This document shows positions 10,554 through 18,909 of a stretch of DNA of 64,000 nucleotides, piece after piece; the first letter of the stretch is position 1, and each line of letters opens with the position of its first letter. The position numbers and the translations under genes were made by a program. The notes beneath the pieces are model-generated. The model had not been told where the DNA came from. It did not search any database and worked only from the letters and a program-made list of their open reading frames with translations. Source of the stretch: a bacterium (GTDB lineage Bacteria > Bacteroidota > Bacteroidia > Flavobacteriales > Schleiferiaceae); contig WGMI01000030.1 in assembly GCA_016125155.1 (NCBI GenBank), positions 2,079-66,078 of the forward strand. The letters run 5' to 3'.

Positions 10554-10561
10554 CAAAGGTA
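10554..10561 (-). promoter_or_regulatory. Candidate Bacteroidota-type -7 box (TACCTTTG) upstream of the GS gene
   Basis: The minus strand reads TACCTTTG, matching TAnnTTTG, about 45 nt upstream of the ATG at 10510. A TTG lies about 15 nt further upstream, which is shorter than the canonical spacing. Confidence 0.3.
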
Positions 10562-11127
10562 AAAAAATTAAGGGGTCAACGTGAAAATTGTGTAATTTAT
10601 ATAGATGTAACCCCTATTGAATAGGGGTATATGAGTGAAAAATAAATTATTCAAGACATTCACCCCCTGAATCTCTGGAGATGGGTTCACTTGAAGGAGC
10701 CATGCCTCGGGTAAAACAATCCCGTCCCAGTCGCTTGCTTTCAGCGGATGACGACCATTCGGGAGGATAGAACAACCTGCGTTTCCACCGAATCCTCCTC
10801 ATCGCGTGAAGTTGCTGTTATGGTCTAACATCCCAACCATTTTCCACAGCTTCTTGCGGAATCACTCTTTATTGTACCATCAGACAGCCAAACTTTATGG
10901 GCCGCAATAGCCATTATTCGGCACAGCGAAATTCCTGCTTTCTTTCACCCAGTCGCTCGCTTTCAACGAATCACGACCATTCCGAAGTCCGGCGTTTTTT
11001 CCATAGGTACAATTCAAAGGTCGGGGCACGCCCCGGCGTCTTCCGAATTCTTCCACCCTATTGACCCCTCTATCCCATGAAACGGGGTTCAGGGCGCGGC
11101 TTTTTGCATCTTCTCCTCCCCGCCCCC

Positions 11128-11376
11128 CTATTTGCGCTCGATCGAATCTTTGAGTTCTTCGATTTGTCGCTTGACCTCGCGCACGCTCTCATCTTCGATA
11201 TCTGCGCTCCGGGCAATTTCGCGCTTTACGGCATCGCCGGCATCGCGCACCTGCCGGATTACTTTGGCCAACCCCCGCGCCAAATCAGGGATGCCCTTGG
11301 TTCCGAACAACAGCAAGAACGCCAGGCCAATGACCAAGAACTCCGCCCCTCCAATGTTCAGGAATCCGAGCATCAT
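11128..11376 (-). CDS. tatA: Twin-arginine translocase subunit TatA/TatE
   Basis: 82 aa. A single N-terminal TM followed by FGTKGIPDLARGLAK and an amphipathic, charged tail. Its start overlaps the folD stop by 4 nt. Confidence 0.85.
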   Translation of the reverse strand: MMLGFLNIGGAEFLVIGLAFLLLFGTKGIPDLARGLAKVIRQVRDAGDAVKREIARSADIEDESVREVKRQIEELKDSIERK

Positions 11377-12278
11377 TCAAGATCCGTGTTCGGAAAGCGC
11401 ATTTGGTGGGCTCTGCGCGTATTGGTCAACAGTCCGGCCCGGGTCATGGGCCCCACTCCTCCGGGAACGGGGGTGATCCACGAAGCCACAGGGGCGACGG
11501 CTTCAAAATCGACATCGCCCGAAAGCCGAAATCCGCTCTTGCGACTGGCATCGGCTACCCGGGTAATTCCGACGTCGATTACTACAGCTCCGGGCTTGAC
11601 CAGATCGCGACCGACAAAACCGGGCCGTCCGAGTGCGGCCACCAGGATGTCGGCACTCTGGCAATGCGCACGAAGATGGACGCTGCGGCTGTGGCATAGG
11701 GTCACCGTGGCATTGCCCGGACGGGCGTTGCGCGACAACAGGATGCTCATGGGGCGCCCCACGATGTTGCTCCGCCCAATCACCACGACATGCTTGCCCT
11801 CGGTTTCGACCCCGGTGCGCTCCAACATTTCGAGGATTCCGGCGGGGGTGGCGGGCAAAAAGCTCGACAATCCGAGACACATCTTGCCTACGTTCACGGG
11901 ATGAAATCCATCGACATCTTTGTCGGGATCGATGGAAAAGAGAATCTTTTGTTCGTCGATGTGCGCTGGGAGCGGGAGCTGAACAATAAATCCATCGACG
12001 CCCGGATTTTCGTTGAGCGATCGCACCACGCGGAGCAACTCCTGCTCCGACACATGGGCCGAAAGACGAATGACTTCGGAGTCGAAGCCCACCTCGGCAC
12101 AATCTTGGGCTTTGGCCGCCACATAGGTCTCGCTGGCCCCGTCGTTGCCGACCAAAATGGCGACCAATTTGGGCGGGCGATGTCCCTGCCGCACTGCGCG
12201 TTCTACATAGCCGCGTACCTCTTCCCGGATTTCCGAGGCCAAGGCCTTGCCATCGAGTATTTGAGCTTGGTCGTTCAA
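11373..12278 (-). CDS. folD: Bifunctional methylenetetrahydrofolate dehydrogenase/cyclohydrolase
   Basis: ILDGKALASEIREEV.., VGNDGASETYV, VVVIGRSNIVGRPM and PVPGGVGPMT motifs. It has 4-nt overlaps with ffh on one side and tatA on the other. Confidence 0.95.
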   Translation of the reverse strand: MNDQAQILDGKALASEIREEVRGYVERAVRQGHRPPKLVAILVGNDGASETYVAAKAQDCAEVGFDSEVIRLSAHVSEQELLRVVRSLNENPGVDGFIVQLPLPAHIDEQKILFSIDPDKDVDGFHPVNVGKMCLGLSSFLPATPAGILEMLERTGVETEGKHVVVIGRSNIVGRPMSILLSRNARPGNATVTLCHSRSVHLRAHCQSADILVAALGRPGFVGRDLVKPGAVVIDVGITRVADASRKSGFRLSGDVDFEAVAPVASWITPVPGGVGPMTRAGLLTNTRRAHQMRFPNTDLE

Positions 12279-13600
12279 CGTCTTCCCATCATTGAAGCGA
12301 GCTGTTTGGCGCCTCCTCCTTGCATTTTCTTCATCATCTTGCTCATGTCTTCAAACTGCTTGATGAGTTTGTTGACTTCGTTGATGCCCGTTCCCGAACC
12401 CGCTGCAATCCGCTTGCGCCGAGACCCATTGATTAAGGAAGGATTCTGCCGTTCCTGAGGGGTCATGCTGTGGATCATGGCCTCGATGTGCTTGAAGGCG
12501 TCGTCGCTGATGTCGAGGTCTTTGACGGCCTTGCCTACCCCGGGGATCATCCCCATCAGGTCTTTCATCGAGCCCATTTTCTTGATCTGTTGGATCTGGG
12601 CGAGGAAGTCGTCGAAGCCGAATTTGTTGGTGGCGATTTTTTTGGAAAGCGCCCTGGCCTGCTCGGCGTCGAATTGCTCTTGGGCGCGTTCTACGAGGCT
12701 GACTACATCGCCCATCCCGAGAATGCGGTCGGCCATCCGATCGGGATAGAATACGTCGAGGGCGTCGCTTTTCTCGCCGGTTCCGACGAATTTGATCGGT
12801 TTGTCGACGACGCTTCGGATGCTGAGCGCGGCTCCGCCCCGGGTGTCTCCATCGAGTTTGGTGAGGACGACCCCGTCGTAGGCGATGGCGTCGTGAAAGG
12901 CTTTGGCGGTGTTGACGGCGTCTTGCCCGGTCATGGAGTCGACCACAAACAGGGTTTCGCTCGGTTTGAGTTCGCGATGGAGGCGGACGATTTCGTCCAT
13001 CATTTCGGCATCTACGGCGAGTCGGCCGGCGGTGTCGACGATCAGGGTGCTGAATCCTTTGGCCTTGGCGTGGGCTACGGCTTGGGTGGCAATGTGTACG
13101 GGATCGGTCGATCCAGGTACCGAAAACACTTCGACCCCGACTTGTTCGCCGAGTATTTTGAGCTGATCGATGGCTGCGGGGCGGTAGACGTCGCAGGCGG
13201 CCAGCAGCACTTTTTGGCTGCGTTTGCGCTTGAGAAAAGAGGCGAGTTTGCCGCTAAAGGTGGTTTTGCCGGATCCTTGCAATCCTGCTACGAGCACGAT
13301 GGCGGGTTGGCCTTTGAGGTTGAGTTCGGCGGCCTGACCGCCCATCATCCGGGCCATTTCGTCCCGGACTATTTTGATCATCAACTGTCCGGGTTGCAGA
13401 CTGGTGATGACTTTTTGCCCCAGGGCTTGTTCTTTGACCCGATCGACGAAGTCCTTGGCCACTTTGTAGCTTACATCGGCTTCGACCAAGGCGCGCCGCA
13501 CTTCTTTGAGGGTCTCGGCTACGTTGATTTCTGTAATCTGCCCGCGGCCTTTAAGCAAGTGGAATGCGCCTTCGAGGCGTTCGCTCAGCTTTTCAAACAT
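12275..13600 (-). CDS. ffh: Signal recognition particle protein Ffh
   Basis: MFEKLSERLE.., GLQGSGKTTFSGKLA (P-loop), DTAGRL, TKLDGDTRGGAALS, and a Met-rich M domain at the C-terminus. Confidence 0.95.
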   Translation of the reverse strand: MFEKLSERLEGAFHLLKGRGQITEINVAETLKEVRRALVEADVSYKVAKDFVDRVKEQALGQKVITSLQPGQLMIKIVRDEMARMMGGQAAELNLKGQPAIVLVAGLQGSGKTTFSGKLASFLKRKRSQKVLLAACDVYRPAAIDQLKILGEQVGVEVFSVPGSTDPVHIATQAVAHAKAKGFSTLIVDTAGRLAVDAEMMDEIVRLHRELKPSETLFVVDSMTGQDAVNTAKAFHDAIAYDGVVLTKLDGDTRGGAALSIRSVVDKPIKFVGTGEKSDALDVFYPDRMADRILGMGDVVSLVERAQEQFDAEQARALSKKIATNKFGFDDFLAQIQQIKKMGSMKDLMGMIPGVGKAVKDLDISDDAFKHIEAMIHSMTPQERQNPSLINGSRRKRIAAGSGTGINEVNKLIKQFEDMSKMMKKMQGGGAKQLASMMGRR

Positions 13601-13733
13601 GCTTTTCTACCAATGTAGGACAAAGGTACGGAGGGGAAGGGGGATGATTATGGTCGTCGGGTTCCGGGCGTGCTGCAGCGCTTGCGGGCCCTCATTATTG
13701 CAGTGGCGAAAACAGACTGAAGCTCCATCGCTT

Positions 13734-13830
13734 CCATAACTGCGCTACGGCAGTGGCTCTTCAATTTAAAGCTCCAATCTGGCTAATATGAGGTTTATTG
13801 TGCAACAGTTACGTCTGTTATAGCCAGTGG
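13734..13830 (-). repeat. attC-like element C (distal end of cassette 2)
   Basis: The minus strand reads CTATAAC (13823..13817) ... GTTATGG (13740..13734). The two 7-mers can pair over their full length, allowing one G-U pair. The inner stem is weak. Confidence 0.35.
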
Positions 13831-13836
13831 ATTTTG

Positions 13837-14808
13837 TCATTCTTGGACTGTCGGCATATGTTTTTCCTTGCAATATTTTTCTACTTCTGTGTCGTTTGCA
13901 AAGTAGTCGTCACAAAAATCGTCAAGCTCTTTTTCTGCACCTGAAACATACCTTTCACTTGCTGTCACTATTTGTTCAGTTTTCTCAATGAACTTGTTGA
14001 AATTATCATTCATATTGCAGCGTTTGTCAATCGTTTTAAAATCCAAGTCATGATATGTTGCAGGAAAAAATATTTTGCTTTGGTAAGGATTTGAATTGAG
14101 TTCTATTATTCCAATTCCAAACGATTGATTTAGTCGTTCCATTTCTTCGTTCAAACTGTCGCTGAACTCAAAGGCTACCAAGTAACCATAGTTTGCCCAA
14201 CTAGAATTTGAAACTGCTTGAAAGAATGCTTTTTTAAGTTCGATGTCGCTGTTGATTTCCTTTTTCAATTCGTATGAACTCATTTTAAAGGTGTCAACAC
14301 GATTGATAGATTTTAAAAAGTTTTGGCTGGCTTTAGTCTGCCTGTTCAAAAACTTAATCCCAACCATATCTGGGTGTGTCCAAATTTAGTTGTTGTCCTT
14401 GCCGTTTGATTGTTCGTGAAAAATTGTCTTCGAGTAGGTGTCAGTATTTTTTAAGTAGCTAGTTAAAAGTTTATGTAAATCTCTTTCGTTAAAGGATTTT
14501 ACTTTGTCCATCTTTGTAACTTTAGTTATTTGTATTTCGGTTTCACCTGATAAAATGCCAATACCAATGTTTTGTTCGTTTTTTGTCAAGTAGTAGGAGT
14601 AAGTCCCACCTTCTTGTTTAATACGCTTGACTCTTGTGTCACCATTACGAATGAAGTCACCAAGACAAGCCGAAACTGTAGAGCCAGGAGTTTTACCTCC
14701 TCCAAAGTCAAAATACTTTTTAGTAAGAATGTGATTTAAAACTTCTGAGTAATTCGTCAATTTACCAATGTCTTCTAAACTTTTTATTACGGCTTCTTTT
14801 AATGTCAT
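13837..14808 (-). pseudogene. HARE-HTH / PD-(D/E)xK restriction-endonuclease-like protein interrupted by one in-frame TAA
   Basis: ORFs 14386..14808 and 13837..14367 are in the same frame. The junction reads ..SNGKDNN-TAA-IWTHPDMVGIKF... The N-terminus (LKEAVIKSLEDIG..YSEVLNHIL..GKTPGSTVSACL..D.RVKRI) looks like a HARE-type winged helix. ERDLHKLL..., then HPD...(about 30 aa)...YELKK fits a PD-ExK nuclease core. Confidence 0.7.
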
Positions 14809-14852
14809 TGTCTGTTCGTTTCAATATTACAATTCGGTCGTCCTACCATTCG

Positions 14853-14985
14853 CTTTAACGGTTTCGGGCTTTGCGTTCGGGCGGGTTTCGAGGCACAAAG
14901 TTTCAATTTACTACTAAAGTTCATTAGAAGCACAAAGTTCCAAGTTTGCACGTCAGCCCGCCTGACGCAAAACCCGTGTTAGCAC
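14853..14985 (-). repeat. attC-like element B between the two cassette ORFs
   Basis: The minus strand reads TGCTAAC (14985..14979), then a stem arm at 14977..14958 (CGGGTTTTGCGTCAGGCGGG). This pairs with 14885..14865 (CCCGCCCGAACGCAAAGCCCG) with bulged bases. Then comes a spacer and GTTAAAG (14859..14853). The loop carries two GCACAAAGTTYCAA direct repeats (14893..14906 and 14930..14943 on the + strand). Confidence 0.5.
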
Positions 14986-14991
14986 CAGTAT

Positions 14992-15936
14992 TTATTTTCT
15001 TTTGAATGTTTTTACAGCTTTTTTAATCTCTTCTATACTCTTATCGGACTCGTCATTTGTTGTTCCAAAAAGTATGTAATAAAGCTTGTCGCTGAATAAA
15101 ATTACTTGATAAATATTTTCTGTTTCATCCGTTTTTTTACTTTTCCCTTTTGCGTAAATCTCGTAACCTGAAATTCCGTCTATTATAGTAATTTCGTTTG
15201 TATATTCTATATTCTCTATTTCAATAGGTGTTTGTCTTAGTCTATTAATGCAGAACAGCTTTTTGTCTTCTGTCGTGATTTGAGAGAAAGACTTTGCAAC
15301 TACTAAGTTGGTTTTGTCGCTTGAAGTAGTTGGAACTTGTCCGTCAACGGAAAATGTTAAAGAGTTTGACATACTTTTTCCGAATTTCAATTTAGTTTCA
15401 GAAATGTCAATTGAGTAATCAAGAGCTTCAAATGGATTTATTTTTTTGTCAGCTTCGTAGAAAACAGTCAACATAGATTTTTTGATTTCATCACCAACCT
15501 TTTTTAAGTTTTCAGGATAAACACCATTTATCATTATGGTTTCAGTGTCTGTCCCAAATAAGAAAATACATTTTGTGTAAATGTTACCATAAGGATTTTG
15601 TGTTCCTGTAACGAAAATTGCTGGAAGTGAATTTATTGTCAGATTTTCAATTTTCTTTACTTCAACGCCTTTACTTAGCATATTTTCTTTTGTAATTCCT
15701 TTGGAAGTCTCAGAATAAGGTCAGTGAATGTCCAAAACCATTATACTTGAACCACTTTCTGTTTGTTGAAGTCCAAGAAAATTAAGTCCATCCGTAAATC
15801 CTTTGGGTGGAATTAGGCTAATTTTCGTCCCTTTAATATTTTTATGTTCATCAGACAGTTTGTTTTCAATTTTATTCTGTCCCCAAACGGTCAAAGAGAT
15901 AATAACTAAAAATGTTGTAAGAATTTGTTTTGTCAT
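14992..15936 (-). pseudogene. Secreted protein of unknown function interrupted by one in-frame TGA
   Basis: ORFs 15721..15936 (signal peptide MTKQILTTFLVIISLTVWGQ) and 14992..15681 share a frame. The junction reads ..IMVLDIH-TGA-PYSETSKGITKENMLSKGVEV.. with no other stop. No family recognised. Confidence 0.6.
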
Positions 15937-16322
15937 AATGTGTTGTTTTAATATTGGTGCTAACTAACTTACAGGCGCCATATCCTCACCTCATCTGCGC
16001 ATATGCCGTTGTACAGGCGTGATACCGTTGCGCTTTAAGGGCCCAAGATAATGGAAAGAACCTCAAAGGTCATGGAACAAACTCCGAAATTGCTCAAAAC
16101 CACGTGTACTGACCGGTTTGTCGTTTTCATAAGGAATCATGCGATTGGTGGTGCCCTTGCCACCCTGTGCCCACTGCCTAGCGCCCACGGCCTTGTGCGC
16201 TCGGTGTGATCCGGGAAAAGTATGTATTGGATTTCACCCAACTGTGCGGTACAGATCACCTAGGGCAGGGACGCATCCCATCCGCTCCGGATAAGCCATG
16301 CTGAACAGCCCCCCAGCATGGC

Positions 16323-16382
16323 GCGGAGCTGTGTATATTTCATCCAATTAAGGCGGAGCTGTGTATATTTCATCCAATTAAG
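16323..16382. repeat. Perfect 30-bp tandem duplication (2 copies)
   Basis: GCGGAGCTGTGTATATTTCATCCAATTAAG occurs at 16323..16352 and again, identically, at 16353..16382. This is about 50 bp upstream of the ATG at 16433. Confidence 0.9.
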
Positions 16383-16432
16383 AAAGATTCAATTCGAATT
16401 TCATGTTTCAGACTCGCCCAAAGCGGTAGATT

Positions 16433-17109
16433 GTGCTCGGATTCCTCCTCCTGCTTTCGGTCTCGGCCACGGCCTATTTCCGTGTCCAGCCCCAGCATTA
16501 CAAGCAAGCGCGTTACTGGCTGTACAGAACCGGTCAATCCGGCTGGAATCGATTGATGCGGGGCGTATCGTGGAAGACCGTCAAAACCGAAAAAGTCAAA
16601 GCGTCTCGATTTCGGAGCAATGCGTATACCTTGCACCGAGAATCGGCCAAAGCGCTTCAGCCGATGCTCATCCAAGGCGAAAAAGACCTCGAAACGCTGC
16701 GCAAGAAAGGCCGATTGGTTTCAGTGGAAAACGACCGTGGATATCGGGTGGCCTCAATGAACTTTGGAGAGCCACTGTTGACCCCGAGGCCAAGGCCCTG
16801 CTTCAACGACTGGGAACGTCCTTTTACGAAGAAAGCAGGGGGAGTTATTTTGTCGTAACCTCCATGACCCGAACGGTTTCAGACCAAAAGCGACTCACCC
16901 AAGTCAACGACAATGCCACCCGAAACCTGAGCACCCACAGCCACGGGGTTTCGTTCGACATTTCCTACACCCGGTTCAACGGCAACCGAGGACACAACCC
17001 CGAACTTCAACGAACCCTTGAACAAGTGCTCAGCGAACTGCAAAAAGAAGGTGCGCTGTATGCCATCTATGAGAAGAACGTTGCGTGTTTTCACGTAACG
17101 GTGCGGTGA
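16433..17109 (+). pseudogene. LAS/M15-type (VanY-like SxHxxGxxxD motif) peptidase-like membrane-anchored protein, frameshifted; possibly the DUF5715 family (name from memory)
   Basis: Frame of 16433 gives a TM segment then ..ENDRGYRVASMNFGEPLLTP. The other frame (C-terminal part of ORF 16318..17109) gives PEAKALLQRLGTSFYEESRGSYFVVTSMTRTVSDQKRL..NLSTHSHGVSFDISY. The two plausible halves join at a C-run at 16782..16785. Confidence 0.55.
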
Positions 17110-17130
17110 TCATCTTGGAGAACGAATGGC

Positions 17131-18909
17131 TCACATCCGCTCCGGACATTCAATGCCCAGCAGTCCCATCGCCTTGCGCAAAGTGCGGCCCACCTCGGCA
17201 CTGAGGCGGAGTCGGAAGGCCGAAACCGCGGGGTCGTCGTTGTTCAAGACCGAATGGTTCTGATACCAAGCGTTGTACATCTTGGTCAACTCATAGACAT
17301 AGTTCGCCACCAAAGCCGGATTGTAGCCCACCGCCGCGCTGTGCAGCGTACCCGACCACTGATCCAACTGCCTGATGAGCACAACCGAAGCCGCATCGGG
17401 CAAAACCCCATCCCACGAAGGCAAATTCATGCTCTGGGCCTTGCGCTCCAGCGACCGAATCCGCGCGTGGGTGTACTGGATAAAAGGCCCCGTATGTCCA
17501 TCAAAATCAATCGACTCCTTGGGATTGAACACCATATCCTTGACCGGATCGACCTTGAGGATAAAGTACTTCAAAGCCCCGTGCCCGAGCATTCGGTACA
17601 ACGCCTGTTTTTCGGCCTCGTCCATGCCCTCGGTCTTGCCCAATTCTTCCGACAAGGCACGGGCTGTATCGACCATTTCCCCGAGCAAATCGTCGGCATC
17701 CACCACCGTACCCTCCCTTGACTTCATCTTGCCCTCGGGCAGGCGCACCATCCCATAGCTCAAGTGATAGAGCGCACCCGCCCAGTCGTAACCCAGACGC
17801 CTGAGAATGGCAAACAACACCTGGAAATGGTATTCCTGCTCGTTGCCCACCACATAGACCATGCTCCGCATCCCAAAGTCCTCGTGCCGGCTGAGCGCCG
17901 TGCCCAAATCCTGGGTAATGTAGACCGAGGTCCCGTCTTTGCGCAGCAAGAGTTTTTCGTCGAGCTTTTCCGCGCTCAGGTCAATCCACACCGAACCATC
18001 GGGGCGGCGCTCGAACACCCCCTGAGACAATCCTTGCTCGACCACCGCCTTGCCCAACACATAGGTCTCGCTCTCGTAGTAGTTCCGATCAAAGCGCACT
18101 CCGAGGGCCGCGTAGGTCTGGGCAAAACCCGCATAGACCCATTCGTTCATCTGCGTCCAGAGCGCCCGCACCTCGGCATCGCCCTGCTCCCATTGCCGCA
18201 GCATTTCCTGGGCCTCGAGCAAAATCGGCGCTTGCTTGCCCGCCGACTCCTCGTCTCTGCCTTGGGCTTTGAGCTCTTCGATTTGCCGTTTGTATTCGCG
18301 GTCAAAAGCCACGTAGTACTTGCCGACCAGATGATCGCCCTTGAGGCCCGCCGTTTCCGGGGTCTCTCCCGCCCCGAAGTGACGATAGGCCACCATCGAT
18401 TTGCAAATGTGGATGCCCCGGTCGTTGATAACCTGTACCCGAACCACCTTGCGTCCAATGGCTTGCAGCATTTCTGCCACCGAATGCCCGAGGAGGTTGT
18501 TGCGGACATGCCCTAGGTGCAAAGGCTTGTTGGTATTGGGAGACGAATATTCCACCACTTCAGGAGCGGCATTCTCGTCGGTGGCCCGCCCTCCGCAGTG
18601 CACATCGGCCACCATCTGATCGAGGCGTTCTGCCCAGTACTTCGGGTGCAGCGACAGATTCAAGAACCCTTTCACCACATTGAACCCCTCGACTTCGTCT
18701 AAACTTTCGACCAACGCGGCCCCCAATTCTTGCCCCAGCGCCTCGGGGCTTTTTTTGCTTGGTCCGGTGTAGGGAAACAGCACCAGGGTCCAGGCCCCTT
18801 CAAATTCCTTGCGCGTAGGTTGAACCGCGGGCTCGGGACGCTCAATGCCAAAGTGTTCCAACAACCAGGCCGCTGCCGTCCGGGCAATGCGCTCGGGCAT
18901 TTCGCTCAT
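17131..18909 (-). CDS. argS: Arginine--tRNA ligase
   Basis: 592 aa. SSPNTNKPLHLGHVRNNLLG (HIGH region), an anticodon-binding C-terminus, typical ArgRS length. Confidence 0.95.
   Translation of the reverse strand: MSEMPERIARTAAAWLLEHFGIERPEPAVQPTRKEFEGAWTLVLFPYTGPSKKSPEALGQELGAALVESLDEVEGFNVVKGFLNLSLHPKYWAERLDQMVADVHCGGRATDENAAPEVVEYSSPNTNKPLHLGHVRNNLLGHSVAEMLQAIGRKVVRVQVINDRGIHICKSMVAYRHFGAGETPETAGLKGDHLVGKYYVAFDREYKRQIEELKAQGRDEESAGKQAPILLEAQEMLRQWEQGDAEVRALWTQMNEWVYAGFAQTYAALGVRFDRNYYESETYVLGKAVVEQGLSQGVFERRPDGSVWIDLSAEKLDEKLLLRKDGTSVYITQDLGTALSRHEDFGMRSMVYVVGNEQEYHFQVLFAILRRLGYDWAGALYHLSYGMVRLPEGKMKSREGTVVDADDLLGEMVDTARALSEELGKTEGMDEAEKQALYRMLGHGALKYFILKVDPVKDMVFNPKESIDFDGHTGPFIQYTHARIRSLERKAQSMNLPSWDGVLPDAASVVLIRQLDQWSGTLHSAAVGYNPALVANYVYELTKMYNAWYQNHSVLNNDDPAVSAFRLRLSAEVGRTLRKAMGLLGIECPERM

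Larger units (their letters stand above)
13734..15963 (-). mobile_element. Low-GC insert organised like a two-cassette integron array (attC-like elements, no integrase seen)
   Basis: G+C falls sharply (about one third by eye) compared with the flanks. Two same-strand ORFs are each followed by an imperfect inverted-repeat element bounded by ..AAC / GTT.. boxes. The 5' end of each cassette is complementary to the proximal box of its own downstream element. See findings. Confidence 0.5.

Noticed and set aside
10511-11127. A glutamine (glnA-type) riboswitch in the GS leader
   Set aside because: The conserved core I recall for that class (CGUUC..., GGAAGUAGG, GAAGGAACGC) is not present on either strand. 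I report only the duplicated element, without a class assignment.
13837-15936. An alternative genetic code or programmed recoding as the explanation for the in-frame TAA and TGA
   Set aside because: TGA, TAA and TAG all terminate well-conserved genes throughout the window (for example msrB TGA and yidD TAG). Two different stop codons are involved. I saw no obvious SECIS-like hairpin after the TGA. Pseudogenisation is the simpler reading, and recoding in the donor lineage is kept only as a check.
15965-16322. An integron integrase or its remnant next to the cassette-like array
   Set aside because: Only short ORF fragments are present (for example the minus-strand ..GGKGTTNRMIPYENDKPVSTRGFEQFRSLFHDL, and a 53-aa plus-strand ORF). 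None has tyrosine-recombinase motifs. I could not identify them.
16318-16432. The N-terminal extension of ORF 16318..17109 (MARSCVYFIQLRRSCVYFIQLRK...)
   Set aside because: The repeated peptide is simply the translated 30-bp tandem duplication. The following ~150 codons have no protein-like character, whereas the alternative frame from 16433 does.
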